A stretch of DNA of 64,000 nt from Vicugna vicugna (lineage: Eukaryota). The position numbers and the translations under genes are program-made. The DNA is taken from positions 938,523-1,002,522 of the forward strand of contig MU058815.1 of assembly GCA_013265495.1 (NCBI GenBank). The letters are read 5' to 3'. The notes beneath the pieces are model-generated. The model saw only the letters and a list, made by a program, of their open reading frames with translations, searched no databases and was not told where the DNA came from. Below, one piece after another: positions 12,081-25,944 of the stretch (positions are counted from its first letter, which is position 1; every line of letters begins with the position of its first letter).

Positions 12081-14410
12081 GAGAGGCCAAGATGACATAG
12101 TAGGAAGACCATGGGCTTACCTCCTCCCAAAGGCACCAAAATTACAATTATTTACAGAAACCAACAGTGAGAGCAATCTGAAGACTAGTAGGAAGAAATG
12201 ATGCAAAGAAGGAACTACAAGAAAATGGGTGAGAAGGGCAAATAGTAAGTTAAGACCCGCACCCCCAGTTAGGCTACCCACAAACTGGAGAGTCATTGTA
12301 TTGCAAAGATTCTTTCCAAAGAGTGAGGGATCCGAACCCCACATCAGGCTCCCCAGCTTCAGGGTCCTACACCAGGAAGATGAGCCCCCAGAATGTTTGG
12401 CTTGGAAAGCCAGTGAGTCTTACTCTCAGGAACGTACGACTGTCTGCTCAGAATCTCCAGGCCATGCAGGCAGCCTTGCCAGGAGCCATCCCCACCCACC
12501 AGTGGCCAGCAGCTTCCACGCCAGGTGGGACCTGGCAACCAACCAGACCGGGGGCCAGCCATGCCTACCAGCACACCCGCAGAAGTCAGCCTGGCAAAAC
12601 AGAAGGACCCACACAGCCCGTGTGGAGAGCACTCCTGGAGCTTACTGCTCTGCTGACCAGAGAGGAGTGTGCCACTGGGCCCCATGGGACATGTCCTACT
12701 TAACGCCACCTCTCCAAGACTGGGAAATGTAACCAGCATACACAACACTTAGAAATAAAAACAGGAAATTAGGTGACAGAGTAATACGTTCAAAATGATG
12801 GGACAAGGGAGAAAACCTGTGAGAAGAAATAAGTGGAGACAGGCAGTCTACCTAATGAGTTCAATGTAATGATTGTAAAGATGCAAAAACTTGGGAGAAA
12901 AATGAATAAACATAGTGAGCAATTAGCATTTTCTAACATAGTGTTAGAAGATATAAAGAAAAATCAAATGGAGCTGAAGAATGCAATCACTGAAATAAAA
13001 AATACACTAGAAGGAATTGACAGTAGATTAGAAGACACAGAGGAACAGATTAGCCAACTGGAAGACAGAGTAGTGGAAACCACTCAAGCTGAACAGAAAA
13101 AAGAATTAAAAAACAAAATGACAGTGTAAGAGACCTCTGAGACAACATTAAGTATACTAATATTCACATTATAGGGGGTCCCAGGAGGAGAAAAGAGAGA
13201 GAAAGGGGCAGCGAATATCTCTGAGGACATAATAGCTGAAAACATCACTGACCTAGGAAAGCAAACTGACATCCAGGTCCAGGAAACACAGGCAGCTCAA
13301 AACAGGATCAGACCAAAGATGATCACATCAAGACGCATTTTAACTAAGGTAGAAAAATTAAAGATAAAGAGAGAATATTAAATATGGGAAGTCCCATAAG
13401 ACTATCAGCTGACTTTTCAGCAAAAATTCTGAGGCCAGAAGGGAGCAGTGCAATACATTCAAAGTGATGAAAGGAGAAAACATATAACCAAGAATATTAA
13501 GATTACCATTAAGATTTGAAGGAGAGATCAAGAGTTTTACTGATAAGCACAAGCTAGCATGCAGCATGAAACCAGCTTTATGAGAAATGTTAAAGAGACT
13601 TCTCTAAGTGGAAAAGAAAAGGCCACAGCTGTAAATATGAGAATTGCAAAAAGGAAAAAATATCTAATTAATAATGGTGATTATGCAGTAAAGGTAGTAG
13701 GTTAACCACTAATAAAACTCAAAAAACGAAAGTAGTAAAACTCATCTATATCCACAATAAATATTTAAGAGATGCACAAAACAAAAAGATGTAAAATAGG
13801 ATGCTGAAAACATTAAATGCAGGAGGGAGGGGTAGTGAAAATTCAGGGCTGTTAAAATGCATGCGAACTTAAGAGATCAGTAGATTAAAATGATAACACG
13901 TATACATATGTAGATTGCTATACATAAACCTCATGATAACCACAAACAAAATATCTATATTAAACACATACACAGAAAGAGGAGGGAATCCAAATCTGAT
14001 ACTAAAGATAGTTTTCAAATCACAAGGGAGGAGAGAAAAAGAAGAAACAAAAAAGGGCTACAAAACAATCCCCAAATAATTAACAAAATGGCAATAAATA
14101 CATCCCTATCAACAATTAATTTAAATTTAAATAGACTACATGCTCTAATTAAAAGACATTAGAATGGCCAAATGGATTAAAAAAATAAGACCCATATATA
14201 TGTTGTCTACAAAAGGCTAACTTCAGCTATAAAGACACACACAAACTGAAAATGAGTGGACGGAAAAAAAATATCCCATGCAAAAAGAAACACAAAGCCA
14301 GAATAACGATACTTATATCAGACAAAATGGTCTGTAAAACAAAGATTGTTAATAAGAGACAAAGAAAAATAACTGCATAATGATAATGGGACCAACCCAA
14401 GAAAATATAG
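12081..14410 (+). mobile_element. LINE-1 5' portion: 5'UTR, decayed ORF1 and ORF2 endonuclease start
   Basis: ORF1 coiled coil 'IKKNQMELKNAITEIKNTLEGIDSRLEDTEEQISQLEDR' and 'NIHIIGVPGGE'; ORF2 start 'MAINTSLSTINLN' at 14088; disrupted frames. Confidence 0.92.
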
Positions 14411-16925
14411 CAAAGTCAGATTACTCGGAAAGTTGTACTACACAGACAGTGAACGCTTTTCCCCTGAGGTGCACGTTTTCCCTGCACGGCACGCATCACA
14501 GACATGCTCATAGGAGGACTTAATTAGGATGCCGTGTGGAATCTGCTGCCCTCTCTGCCGCCTCGCTTCCTGTATCCCTTGGCTGAGGTAAGAGCAGGTG
14601 GCCAGTGCAGCAGTGAGCAGGTGTGACACTGAGTCTGTCTTGCCTGCCTGCCCACCATGCTTTAAAGATGACAGGCTAGCGCCTACAGGATATGAAGCCT
14701 TCCACAGAGACCCTCCAACATCTGCAAGAAGCTCCCGGGGCCCCTTTAGATTACAGATGTTTGAACAATTCCAGATGGCACGTCAAAAGAGCTTCTGCTT
14801 GGAGGTCTGGTCACTGTTAAGGAAGAAAATTCTAATTCCTTTAAATGTCAGTCTCTCCAAGGAAGGCACTTTGCAGTTTCTCCCAGCATAACATCTTCAT
14901 GCTGAATAAAAAAGACTACAGACGGGACCTGAGTGTGCAAGGGGATATTGGCAGCAAGGTACCAATACATTGGCAAAGTACCTCTATAAGCTCTGCAGAG
15001 GATGATGTAGGATGGGTTCACATGCCTGGAGAACAAATGATGGTCTCACCATCAGAAATCTTTTCATCCTCCAAGGAATCATCACCAATGTCCAGGTCAC
15101 ATGTTCAGAAGAGATACTATAGGATTTTTTTTAAATTAAGAGTAATTGACACATATGTCCTAGGGGTGGAAGGGGGACATAGGTGCTGAGCTGCGAACCA
15201 TTCTGCACACGTTAAAACCAAGAAATAGAAGAGACGTGTCAGAGCATGCTTTTGTCTAGACACCTACCATGTTTTTAGAAGAAAATAAAATTATATATTC
15301 AACTGCCCACTAGGAAAATTTTCAGAAAGGCTTCCAACAGAATGGCTTTGCTCTAAATAAGCAGTGCTTTGTGACCAGGAAACTGATCACACAAACCTAC
15401 GTTTAAATGATTTAAAACCCATTATGTAAATAAGCCAAGTCAGTAACAATATTGAGGTCTCGAGATGTAAAGTGACCGTGCCTGTGGTTCACAGCCACAT
15501 GGACACAGTTTGGTTTGCAAAGGAAAATGGTTATTAGAAACTATATTTTACAGACCAAATTTAAAATGCAAATTCTCTACCAGTAATGGTCAGACACCAA
15601 GCTGGAGGGAAGGGGAAGAAAGCAACTTTCACTTGTTTATGAGAAGAAAAAAGAATGAATTGGCATTAATTTGGAAAACAAAGGGCAGGAAATATTTTTA
15701 CAGACCATACATGGGCAACTTTGTCTTACCAAGAACCCGCCCTGCTCTGCCTCTCTGTTTCTGACTTGAGCAACCAATGATCCATCAAAAAAACTTGCAG
15801 ATGGACCTCAGCAGTTCCTCGGCTCCAGAAGGGGACCCCTTTCTGTCTTTCAGTGGGGCATGGGCTTCCAAAATCAGCAGCAGCATAAAGATTCTGAAGA
15901 ATATTTCAGAATAGGGGGCAGTAAGAAAAAGATGCCGAGTATTTTGAAAGAAGTGGATGAGCAAAGATAGAAACAATCATTGGAGCTTCTCAGCCTTCTT
16001 GGTCTGCTTTCTGGTTCTTTCTACACATTTCTTTCCATCCTGCTGTGTTATGTTTGCCATCATTTCAGGAGCTTTCCATGTCTCTTTAGCGACACTATTG
16101 TCATGTGGGTTCTCGGTAGCTTGGGGAACAAAGGGATCTCTCCAGATCATGTCCTGGAATACCCACATTGGACACCCCAGGAATCTTCCAGCTACCTGGG
16201 GTTGCTACAGACACTGATCTGGGCCAATATGTTTACGAATCCACAGAATTATTATTATTTTAAACCCATATCTGCTGTAAAGTGTTGAATTTAAGTTATA
16301 CCTACACTGCATTTTGTCTGCATTCCTTCCCCATTCCAAAATCATCTGTGAATTCTACCTACTACAATGAATTATAATTGCCTATTTCTGTTTCCATGCA
16401 TAGTTCTTCATGAAATGAACTTCCACTAAATGCAACTTATTAAGTTATGTGTTCGAGGGTATAAAATAGTGAATTCTACCGTACAGGCCCTGCTCAATTC
16501 TAAAAACATTCTTTGAAAAGTACACGAACCATTGATGGAGTAAACCTGGAGTAACTCTAATATATAATTTGTGCCAGGTTAGATGCCAGCTGATATTAAA
16601 TAATGGGTACCAAAAGTATAAGAAAATTAAACCTAATGGAGGAAATGTGTTTTTCCTAATAATTGGGGAAAACACCATCTTTTACAGCGTTGGTGGCAGA
16701 GCACTCCTGTCAAGATCACAAACTGTCAGAGACCAGAGCAACCTGTGGGAGCGTTGCGGGAGGACCACTGACCCGGTCCAACTGGGAAGCACGCTGGAAA
16801 GCACGATCCATCAACAGCAGAGCGGGGACTCGGCGAACTGCTCTCCTATGAGTGCTTCCTTATAGACACTACACATTCTAGGAAACATCCAAAGCATAAA
16901 TCTGGCTTTACCAGTAGGTAGAAAG

Positions 16926-16926
<1 letters not shown>

Positions 16927-16957
<31 letters not shown>
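16927..16957. repeat. (TG)n microsatellite
   Basis: Direct reading. Confidence 0.95.
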
Positions 16958-16960
<3 letters not shown>

Positions 16961-17190
16961 CGTGGTGTGAGCGTGTTCCTAGGCAGAACCATTGAATTCC
17001 ATATTTTTTAAACATTTAAATTATATCTTAAAAGATCGAAACCTATAAAGAAATGTATCCATGGATTGTATTTACTTGCTTCAGAAAATGAGAGCATGTC
17101 AACTGTTAGAAGTGTCAGGACCCGTGTTCCCCTGTGTCTGACAGTAATTAATTATGTGTGTGACACTTATCTAAGGAATAAAGGCCTTCG

Positions 17191-17801
17191 TGAGACAGGA
17201 GGGAAGGGGGCAGGGCACAGCCATTGAAAGAATGACACAGCAGTTAGGACCAAGGTGGTGGAAGGTTCAACTCCCAGTAGACCTTGAGCTTCAGCATATC
17301 CTCACTGTAATATAACAGCAGGCTAAATGGCGCTGCCACAGGTGCCCTGACAGTTTGAAGGCTGATCGTAAAAGGTCAAAAAGTGGGGGATGGCCCAGTC
17401 CCTGGGCATCCCAGTCCCTTCCCAAAGTAGTTGAAATAACCCTCCCACTCGTTAGCACATGAAGTTACTGAGCCCATAAAGACTGACAACCCCGCACCTC
17501 GTGGCTGCTTTCCCTTCTGAGTGAGACTGGCTGCGCTCTGTCTGCGAGGAATGCATCTACTTTTACTTTAAGCCGAACACCCACGCCCCAACACCTCGTG
17601 GTCGTTCTCTTGCCTTCTGAGACAGCCTGCACTCTGTCTATGGAGTATGTGTCCCTCCAGATTAATCTACCTTTCCTCAACTGTGGCTCTTGAATTCTTT
17701 CCTGCGTGAAGCCGAGGACCCACACTTGGCGGTGCACGTCCCAGGGGCTCCACCGAGACCTGCCACACAGCCACCCTCTCGCCCCACATTGTCCTGTATC
17801 A
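17191..17801 (+). mobile_element. Solo LTR with an internal ~95-bp imperfect duplication
   Basis: TGAGACAGG...CCTGTATCA inverted termini; CATAAA ~17475; 'cacctcgtgg..ccttctga..ctctgtct' occurs twice. Confidence 0.75.
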
Positions 17802-19878
17802 GTTGTGTGGCAGCTGTCTGATCTCTAAAGAATGGGCTAATTATATATATATCTTACCTCATTGGTTTGTTTTAAGAATTGAAGTCAGCGATCAGTGATG
17901 CAACATCTTATGTTTAGTTACAGATGTTCTGTCTTAAGAAATTCCATAAATGCTGGTAGGTTCTAGAATTTCATTTTTCAAATCTAAAGGCAAGTTTAGA
18001 CCTGAGATAGGAAACTTTGCATTTACCAAGCAAGGGATAAACTCTGAATCCAGCATCTCCTCCTTTTAACATAAATAATAATACAATGAAGTGAATACAT
18101 TTCATTTTTCAGTCATAATTAAAGGACGGCAAACGTATGGATGACTAGTCATTTTGAAACAGAGGTTTCATAGAAAGTAGCACTTCAGCTTTTCCCAGCA
18201 ATGTGATTAATGGACCATAAATCCTGCCACACATCTCAGCGACACATACCCATCTTCCTATAACACCAACTATAATTGTATTGAAGTTACATGACCTATG
18301 AGTGACTGATGTTCTGATCAAATTTTAAACAGTAACGTTAGCAAGAGCTGCACCCGTGAGAACTTGTATAGAAAAACAAGGTTCAGGTAACCTGATCAAA
18401 CTACAAACAAACAGTGTAGAAGCATCTCAGACTTGTTTAGAAGTCTTGGGAAGGAAGATGAAAGGATTAGACCACAGAATATTGGATGCTCCTGCCAATA
18501 GACCGCCTCTATGACTCTGAGAATAAGAATTGTTTTTTATAAAAACTTAATTCTTTCTCTGAACTTGAATTTCCTAAACCAGTGTTTATGAATACTTCCA
18601 TCCCCCCAAAAAGTGGTAATAGCCATACGGGGGTTTAGATAACCCAAGGATCTATCATTAATCCTATTTTTATTCAGCTGAAGTAAGTTATTTTCCATTT
18701 GCACCAAATCTATGAATGTCCCTCAACACGTAGGTGTGTTGATGGGCTCCGGTGCACCTGTGGGTACTCATACACACTAAATCCATCTCCCCAACTGCTC
18801 TGCTTGCAAACCATTTCTCATCTGTCATTTTTTTCTTCATTCTTTCTTCCATGTGGCCACACGCCATGAGCCAGACTTGGAAAAAGGGATAGAGGCAGCC
18901 AGGCTCTATTGAAGTCACCGTGGGAGTCCTTAAACATTTTAGTACGTGGATTGCAAAACAGTAGATAGAGCAACCCAATTAATGTTTTTATTTAACGTAT
19001 GTCCATTTCATCCCCTGTGTCTAAAGAATAATTTGATCATCCGATTGCATCATCAGATCTCGTTTATACTAGATGAAGAGCGCCTCACTCATACTTGTCA
19101 TCTTTCAAGCCAAGAACCGTGAACTTCCTATTTCATTTTTTAAAAAAACCCATTGAAACCAGTTATCTGTCAAATGTTCTATGCAAAAGAAAGTGAAAAA
19201 CATTTCAGAAGTAGTGGTTATTCCAGACAAGCAGAACAGAAACGCCCTAATCTGTTTTGCTACCTTGCTAAATACTACTGGGGGGGAGGGGGGAGAGGGC
19301 GTCACCTCACAGTGAAGCGAACGGGAATTCCCGAGTCCGAGTCCCAAGGATGAGTGTTAATGACATGCTTATTTCCCGTTTCTATTTTGAAAGTGACACC
19401 TGAGGGATTATTACCTTTGAACTTTTGTTTCATGGAAGGATGCTATTTGCAGCTGGAATCAGTATATTTAATCAGTGCTTTAGAAACCAGACTCTGAGGA
19501 AAGGCATGTTGAACCACGTTTGAGTATATAGTAAATATTTAACAAATAACTCGCTGATTGTTAAATTATTGTCCTCTGGCAAAGCTTAAAAAAATACTTA
19601 CATTAATAGGTATTTTTAACTTGTAGTAATCAGTAAATATCAATTACTTTGTGTTTCATTTTTTTGTGTGATAATTTAAATACCATCATGAATAATATTA
19701 ATAGGTCTTAGTGTTGCCTATAGTTTACTGCAGAGATAAAGTAATACACAGAGCATCACAGAATGCATACTTTTGCACGGTTTTTAATATTTTAGGGGAA
19801 AAACAATATAATTCCATAATTCAAATGTCATTCAACTTCTCTTAAAAATATTTTCCTAATTTAATTCAAAAATGTTAT

Positions 19879-19884
19879 TTTATT
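19879..19884 (-). terminator. Candidate CNTNAP3 polyadenylation signal (would give a ~3-kb 3'UTR)
   Basis: AATAAA on the minus strand in AU-rich non-repeat context; other hexamers exist (e.g. ~21385) and there is no transcript evidence. Confidence 0.3.
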
Positions 19885-19990
19885 CACAAGTAAGCAGCAA
19901 ACATTTACAAGTCCATCAGGGGAAGTTGATAATGCATCACTGAAGTTTTGGTAAAAACACTGTAAAGTTTTCTCCTTAGAAAAGAGAGCA

Positions 19991-20177
19991 GGGGGGAGGG
20001 TACAGCTCAAGCAGGAGAGCGCATGCTTAGCATGCACAAGGTCCTGGGTTCAATCTCCAGTACCTCCTCTAAAAAAAAAAAAAAAAGAATAAATCTAATT
20101 ACCTCCCCCTACACACACCAAAAACAAACAGGAAAAAAAAACTCAAATAAAATAAAATGCTGGCAAAAAAAAAAAAA
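19991..20177 (+). mobile_element. tRNA-Ala-derived SINE (Vic-1-like)
   Basis: GGGGAGGG head, A/B-box-like motifs, 'cttagcatgcac', A-rich tail with 'acctaattacctcccc'-like segment. Confidence 0.9.
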
Positions 20178-20483
20178 TCCACTGCAGAGTGCAGTGGATT
20201 TCACTTTCTATAAATCTAAAATTTTAGCTATCAAAGTGATGCATTCTTTTGGAACAGAAGATGACCACTAATTAGCCTTGCAGTGATGTAATGATGTTTA
20301 CATACAGCTATGCATTTAATGGAGCCTATCATTTTTGTGTTGAATCCTTCCCCAACTACATAGACCCTTGGGAAAAAAATTACATACACCATTGACAAGG
20401 ACTGGCCCTCCACATATTGCTGTACTGAGATCCCAGACTTCTTTCATCATTCATTTAAAGAAACGTCTGTGCGGATATAGTAC

Positions 20484-20961
20484 TATGACATACGGGCTTC
20501 AAAGTGGTCCCCATGATCCCAGACTGCTGACTCAAGTCATATAATCCTTCCCCCTCAGTATGGGTGGGACCTGTGACGTGCTTCTGACCGACAGAATATG
20601 GCAAATGTGATGGGACGCCACCCCTGTGATCACATTCCACTCTGTAGACTCCCTATTGCTAGCAGACTTGCTCTGGAGCCCCCCTGTCCCTTGTTAGCCT
20701 TGAAGAACTAAGCTTCCATAAGCCCTCCAGCAGGAAGGAATGGAAGGCTGTTAGTGATCATGGGAGCAAGGAGGTAAAGCCGTCCCCGGCTGAGCTTCCA
20801 GATGAGAACACAGCCCGGACAGACACCTGACTGCAGCCTTGCAGACGTCTCAGTGAACCCCTGCCCAGCTCCTGACCACAGAAAGTGGGGGATAGTAAGT
20901 ATAGGTTGCACGAAGTCACTAAATTTGTGGTGGTCTGTTACACTTTGTAAACACTAACACA
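20484..20961 (+). mobile_element. MLT1 (ERVL-MaLR) LTR
   Basis: 'gagcttccagatgagaacacagccc..gacacc', 'aagtcactaaatttgtgg...ctaacaca' MLT1 motifs. Confidence 0.8.
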
Positions 20962-21119
20962 AAAGCACTAGAAAAAAATTTTTAAGAAAAGGCAATATAG
21001 AGGACATCTTTTCCCACTCTTTAAAAAAGAACACAGAAAGGTTGGTACACACTCAAAGGTCATAGCAAGGCTAAGCACATACAGTTCCAATTTCTTTTTT
21101 TTGGCTTAAAAAAAAAAAG

Positions 21120-21320
21120 AAATGTATTCTTTTATACTTTAGGAGACCAGAAATCCAAAATCAAGGTGTCAACAGGATTGGTTCTTTCTGGAAGCTTTGA
21201 GGGGAAAATCTGTTCCATTATTTCCTCTTGGCTTCTGGCGGTGGCCAGCCGTCCTTGGTGTTCCTCAGCTTGTAGCTGCCCCACTCCAGTCTCAGCCTCC
21301 ACGGTCACGTGGCCTCCTTC
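21120..21320 (-). mobile_element. MLT1 LTR fragment
   Basis: 'ggagaccagaaatccaaaatcaaggtgtcaacagg..ttctggaagc' motif. Confidence 0.75.
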
Positions 21321-21749
21321 CCGGTGGTCAGAGTAAGTACCTGGCAGGCACAGGGCAGGTGCGGTACGGAGCGGGCAGCCCATTTTTATTACAACCGGCT
21401 TTTCAGTGCAAATGGTGACTCCATGCAATCATCTAAAGACACTGCCACAAAAGTAGTTACTGGATCAATTCCCATAGTTAACAGGATTTTTTTTTCACTC
21501 TCCTAGAATATACCCTACTTAAAATGAACTAGTTGATTTTGGGTGCTCTGTTGGAAACAGATCTCAAGATCCCAGAATCTTCACTGGAATGACAGATTTT
21601 GTTCAGATTATATAACCTGCATCTTCCTTTAGCATAAGCATTCTTCCACTGGTATTCCTAGTGGTAATTAGGTGAGAGGGTAACTCAGGGGATGTCTTGC
21701 CTAGATCGGCTCAAAATGTAGAAAGGGAAACAGAGAGATTTAGTTCAAA

Positions 21750-21876
21750 ATGTCAAAAATATGAAAATGAATATATGTATGTATATGCAACACTGGAACA
21801 CTGTGTTGTACACCAGAAATTGACACATTGTAATTGACTGTATTTCAATTAAAATCTTTTTTAAATTAAAAAAAAA
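21750..21876 (+). mobile_element. Short L1 3'-end insertion
   Basis: 'gtacaccagaaattgacacattgtaa..tgactg..ttcaattaaaa' matches the L1 3' end at 63100-63250; A tail. Confidence 0.75.
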
Positions 21877-22877
21877 TGTGACTTTTTCCCTAATGAACAG
21901 ACAGTAACAGGAAATGAAAGAGCTGTTACAACTTTCAGGAAAAAAACCCCCACAAGACTACAAAGAAAAATCACCCTATATATAAAGGAAATAAATTTCA
22001 GATTACATTTCATTCAGATGTGGATGCAGGATATATTTCCAACGATAAATATGGAATTTATATATGGGTACAGATTTAGTTAGAAAATATTCATTTCTGT
22101 GAGATCATTAGGTGATCATTATTATAGTTTACAAAGAGTATCCTGACCAATTACAAAGAACATAAATAAGCGTATTATCACACACTGAAATCCTTTATGT
22201 TTCTCTACCTGCAAATTTTCTGTTTCATAGCTGGACTTTATGTAATTTCTTCATATCTGACATTCAACACTCGTTTCATCACTAAAATGTATCAAAGCTG
22301 ATTTAAAAGAGACATATAGTAAAACCAGTCAGCCCCCAAAATGTTTCTTTTCTTTTCTTTTCCAGGTTTCTAATGCATTCTTGGCCACTGGGCTCTGGTT
22401 CACAGGAATATGGAAATGCAGCTGAAGACCATTTGAGAAGCACTTCCTGGTTGATCAATGTCAGCAGGTGATCGATTAAGGAAGGTTAGGTTTCCATGTA
22501 ACGCAAAACATGAGAGGCCAAATTTGACTTTTATAAACTTCCGTGTTGGATTTTTAAGAGAGCAGGGCCACAGCTCAAATCCTTGTTCCCACTTAGAACC
22601 CAAAGTAATTATGCAAAATACATTTCAGTTTTAGAAGATCAGGTCAGAACAGCCAGAAACTGACAAGCGGTGATTAACAAGCACACCTAAGTCACTGCTA
22701 ATAAATAGATCAAGAAGGAGCACTGAGCAGAGCCTCCAGGGACCACGTGTGAGCAAACCGATGGAGCTGCCCGCCCAGCGCCCACCCCAGGAGGACGAGA
22801 GGAGGGTTTCCTCCACCAGGAGCCCCTGGCTTAACAAGAAAGTCACATCATCATAGTAATAAGTAAGTCACGGCTGA

Positions 22878-23147
<270 letters not shown>

Positions 23148-25532
23148 TTATCATCAGGAAATTTGAAACCAAGTAGGATGATTAACATTAAGCTTACTTC
23201 TCAATCCGTGCAGACTTTAGACCCCGCAGTTTTATGCCTTAATCCTAAAGACTTATCATCGCTGGATTTCAGTTAATGCCTTCACGATTAAACGTGGAGA
23301 CACCACAGGGCTTCTGGGGTCATGCTCACACTCCACGCTAATGAGCAAGCAGGTTTTTATTATTTTAAAAGTATAGAGTGTGTAGCCCCATTATAGAAAT
23401 AATTTTTATGTTTTAGTTATAGGACTTTGCCTTAAGAGCGATATCATATCCAATTTTAGTGTCAGGAGCGAGTAGCTCTCAGTAACAGTGATCAGGCCAC
23501 TTGATTACACAGTGACTGTCACCATGACACTGACCCACCCACGCAGCCAGGATTTTCTGTATGTGACTGATCACCTTTCACTCTAGGCTGTTTGTCTGTT
23601 TTGAGAGGTTTGGTGGGATCCTAGAATAACTTCTGTTTTCACCCCCTCTCTGAAAGAGATTGAGATGATTTAAATTGTGCATCTGATGCCTTCCATAACC
23701 TTCCTATCAGCAACTCCAAGGCACTATGATTTTGACAAGGGCTCATGTCTGCCTGTGTCTCTGTCTGTCCACACATCTGTCTGTTTCTCCATCCATCCAT
23801 CTGCCCGTCTACAATACGCATCCCTTGGCAAGAAAACCCTTTGTGATCTCTAGTTTACCAGGCTTGAGTATTTCTTAGGTTAATTCTGCTTTCCTACAAT
23901 GCTCCCTTTGTCCGCAAGAGGAGAAAGTAACAATGCAAAATGCAGAACATGGAGAAATCCACCTATTGGAATAATTCTTTAAATAGATCCAACATTTTAC
24001 AAGTGGGTGCAGTCTGTGATCAATTAGAAAAGTCTGATCACTCTCTCTGGAACAATACACTAGCACACAGCAACCAGCCACCACACAGAAGGCAGGCAGG
24101 GAAAAGGGGATTGTAGGGCCCAGGAAACTGAGTCATTCTGTCCCTAAGCCCTTCTGTGTTCTCATTCTCCATACCACGTGTCCAAGTAGGATTTCTCAGG
24201 GGAAAGACACTGGAGCCACTTACTTTGTACATCTTCCCAATAATATTCAGCAAAAGCAATAAAACTCCAAAGACCACGTTTGGTCCATCATCAGTCTGAC
24301 TACTGTCTTTGCTCTCTGTAATAAAAGGGCACCCACTATGCTATTTGGCAAAATTCTGAACTTGGATTCGTACTTTGTAACTATTAATCACACTGAAGTT
24401 GATTTATTTTCACTTGGTTTTGGCATGATAGTGAAGTTTGCCCATTAAAAGCAAAGTTGCCTGATTTAGGATAAAGATTTAATTTAAATTCTAACACAAA
24501 AGTTACTCCTTTTAGATAAGCATTATAAATAACATTTATGGTTTTTATTTGCTCCTGGAGTTGTAAAGTGGAGGTCGTATTCCTCACTCATTACAAAGAT
24601 AAAAGTGGCTGAGACAGAAACGGAAATGTTGACATTTTTATACAGATTTGGGCAGCAGTTTATAATGTCTGAATACTTCCCTAATTGTCTGGAGAAAACT
24701 GGTGCCTGGATGCATGCAGGCAAAACGCTCAGATTCAATCTGAGCAGGTGCACAGCGGGCCTGAACAGCGGACACCCAGTCCTGTCACCCACCTCTAAGA
24801 GTAATTACCTCATTTTTGGGTAGCAAGGAACGGAGAGCACGTTACTTCTCATCAAGCAGAGTTTACGACTGACTCACGTTTCAATAATCTAATTAAGCAA
24901 ATTAAAATGATAGGAAGGAGAACTGAAAATTAATTTTTTGAGTCAGACCTGGATAAATCTTGTTTCAGAGAATTTTTGGAAGGTATTTAATGTCCCGTTA
25001 TGTTTTCTTCTTTATATGTATGTACGGTTATATGGATGGATTTATTTAATGAAAAAATATATATATTCATATATATCTGAAGATCAGCTTGATACCAGCA
25101 ACAGTTTTACTGTTTTATTTACCATGTTTAGGAAAATGTCAATTTGTGTAGCTCAGGTGCTTCTCTCAGTATGTTTTGTTTTTCCTCTTATTTTTAAGTG
25201 TTCTGGGCTATTTTTAATCGAAGAAGTAAAAGTAAGTCACCTTAGGTATATAATCCTGAGAAACACTAATGGTTATTTTCAAATGAAACGCGTCTTAATA
25301 TGCTACGGCTTGGCAACCATCCTTTAAACAGCGTTTCAGCGGAACCATCCGTTCCTTCGCCCAAGCACCTCCAAAGGAGCTGAATTCGGTCAAATTACAC
25401 CAAGAACATGAGCAAACGCATGTGGCCTGCCACCGGCCTCACAATCAGCACGGATTCTCACGGACACACTTGGGGGGGATTTTGCTCATAGGGCCCGCGA
25501 CGCAAGGACGAGGTCACTCGCGGCCCCGTTAC

Positions 25533-25604
25533 CTCCGATGACCGCGGAGTCCCTCCGGCCCGCAGTCACCAAGGGCTCGCCCTCATCCGCTGGTCCCGAG
25601 CGAC
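25533..25604 (-). CDS. CNTNAP3: CNTNAP3 ~exon 23 (72 bp, juxtamembrane)
   Basis: cag|...|gtaac; GRSGPADEGEPLVTAGRRDSAVIG closely matches recalled human CNTNAP3 (GRSGPADEGEPLVNADRRDSAVIG), not CNTNAP4. Confidence 0.92.
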
Positions 25605-25793
25605 CTGCGGCAGAAACGGGGGGAGAGACAGAGGAGAGTGGGCAGGAGGGCTCCCGAGACATCGGCCGGCGTCCGAAAGACGAGCGGGCAGTGCGGCCGC
25701 AGAGTGGACTCTGCGATGCCCAGGGAACGGGACGGCGCGCGCGCGCGGAGGGCTTTCGGGGACCCCGGGGGCGGGGGGCGGGGGGCCACCCAC

Positions 25794-25944
25794 CTGNNNN
25801 NNNNNNNNNNNNNNNNNNNNNNNNNNNNNNNNNNNNNNNNNNNNNNNNNNNNNNNNNNNNNNNNNNNNNNCAGGCAGCCGGTGAAGCCGCGCGCGCCGGC
25901 CCGCAGCGTGTCGGCGTCCGGGCCGCCCTCCGCGCCGGGGGACT
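25794..25944 (-). CDS. CNTNAP3: CNTNAP3 ~exon 22 (end of LamG4), interrupted by an N gap
   Basis: cag|AGTCC acceptor; ESPGAEGGPDADTLRAGARGFTGCL then Ns; CAG|gtgggt donor just beyond the gap. Confidence 0.8.
25797..25870. other. Assembly gap (74 N)
   Basis: Direct reading. Confidence 1.

Noticed and set aside
18688..18978. 96-aa minus-strand ORF with a possible acceptor site
   Set aside because: No recognisable homology and no matching donor or partner exons
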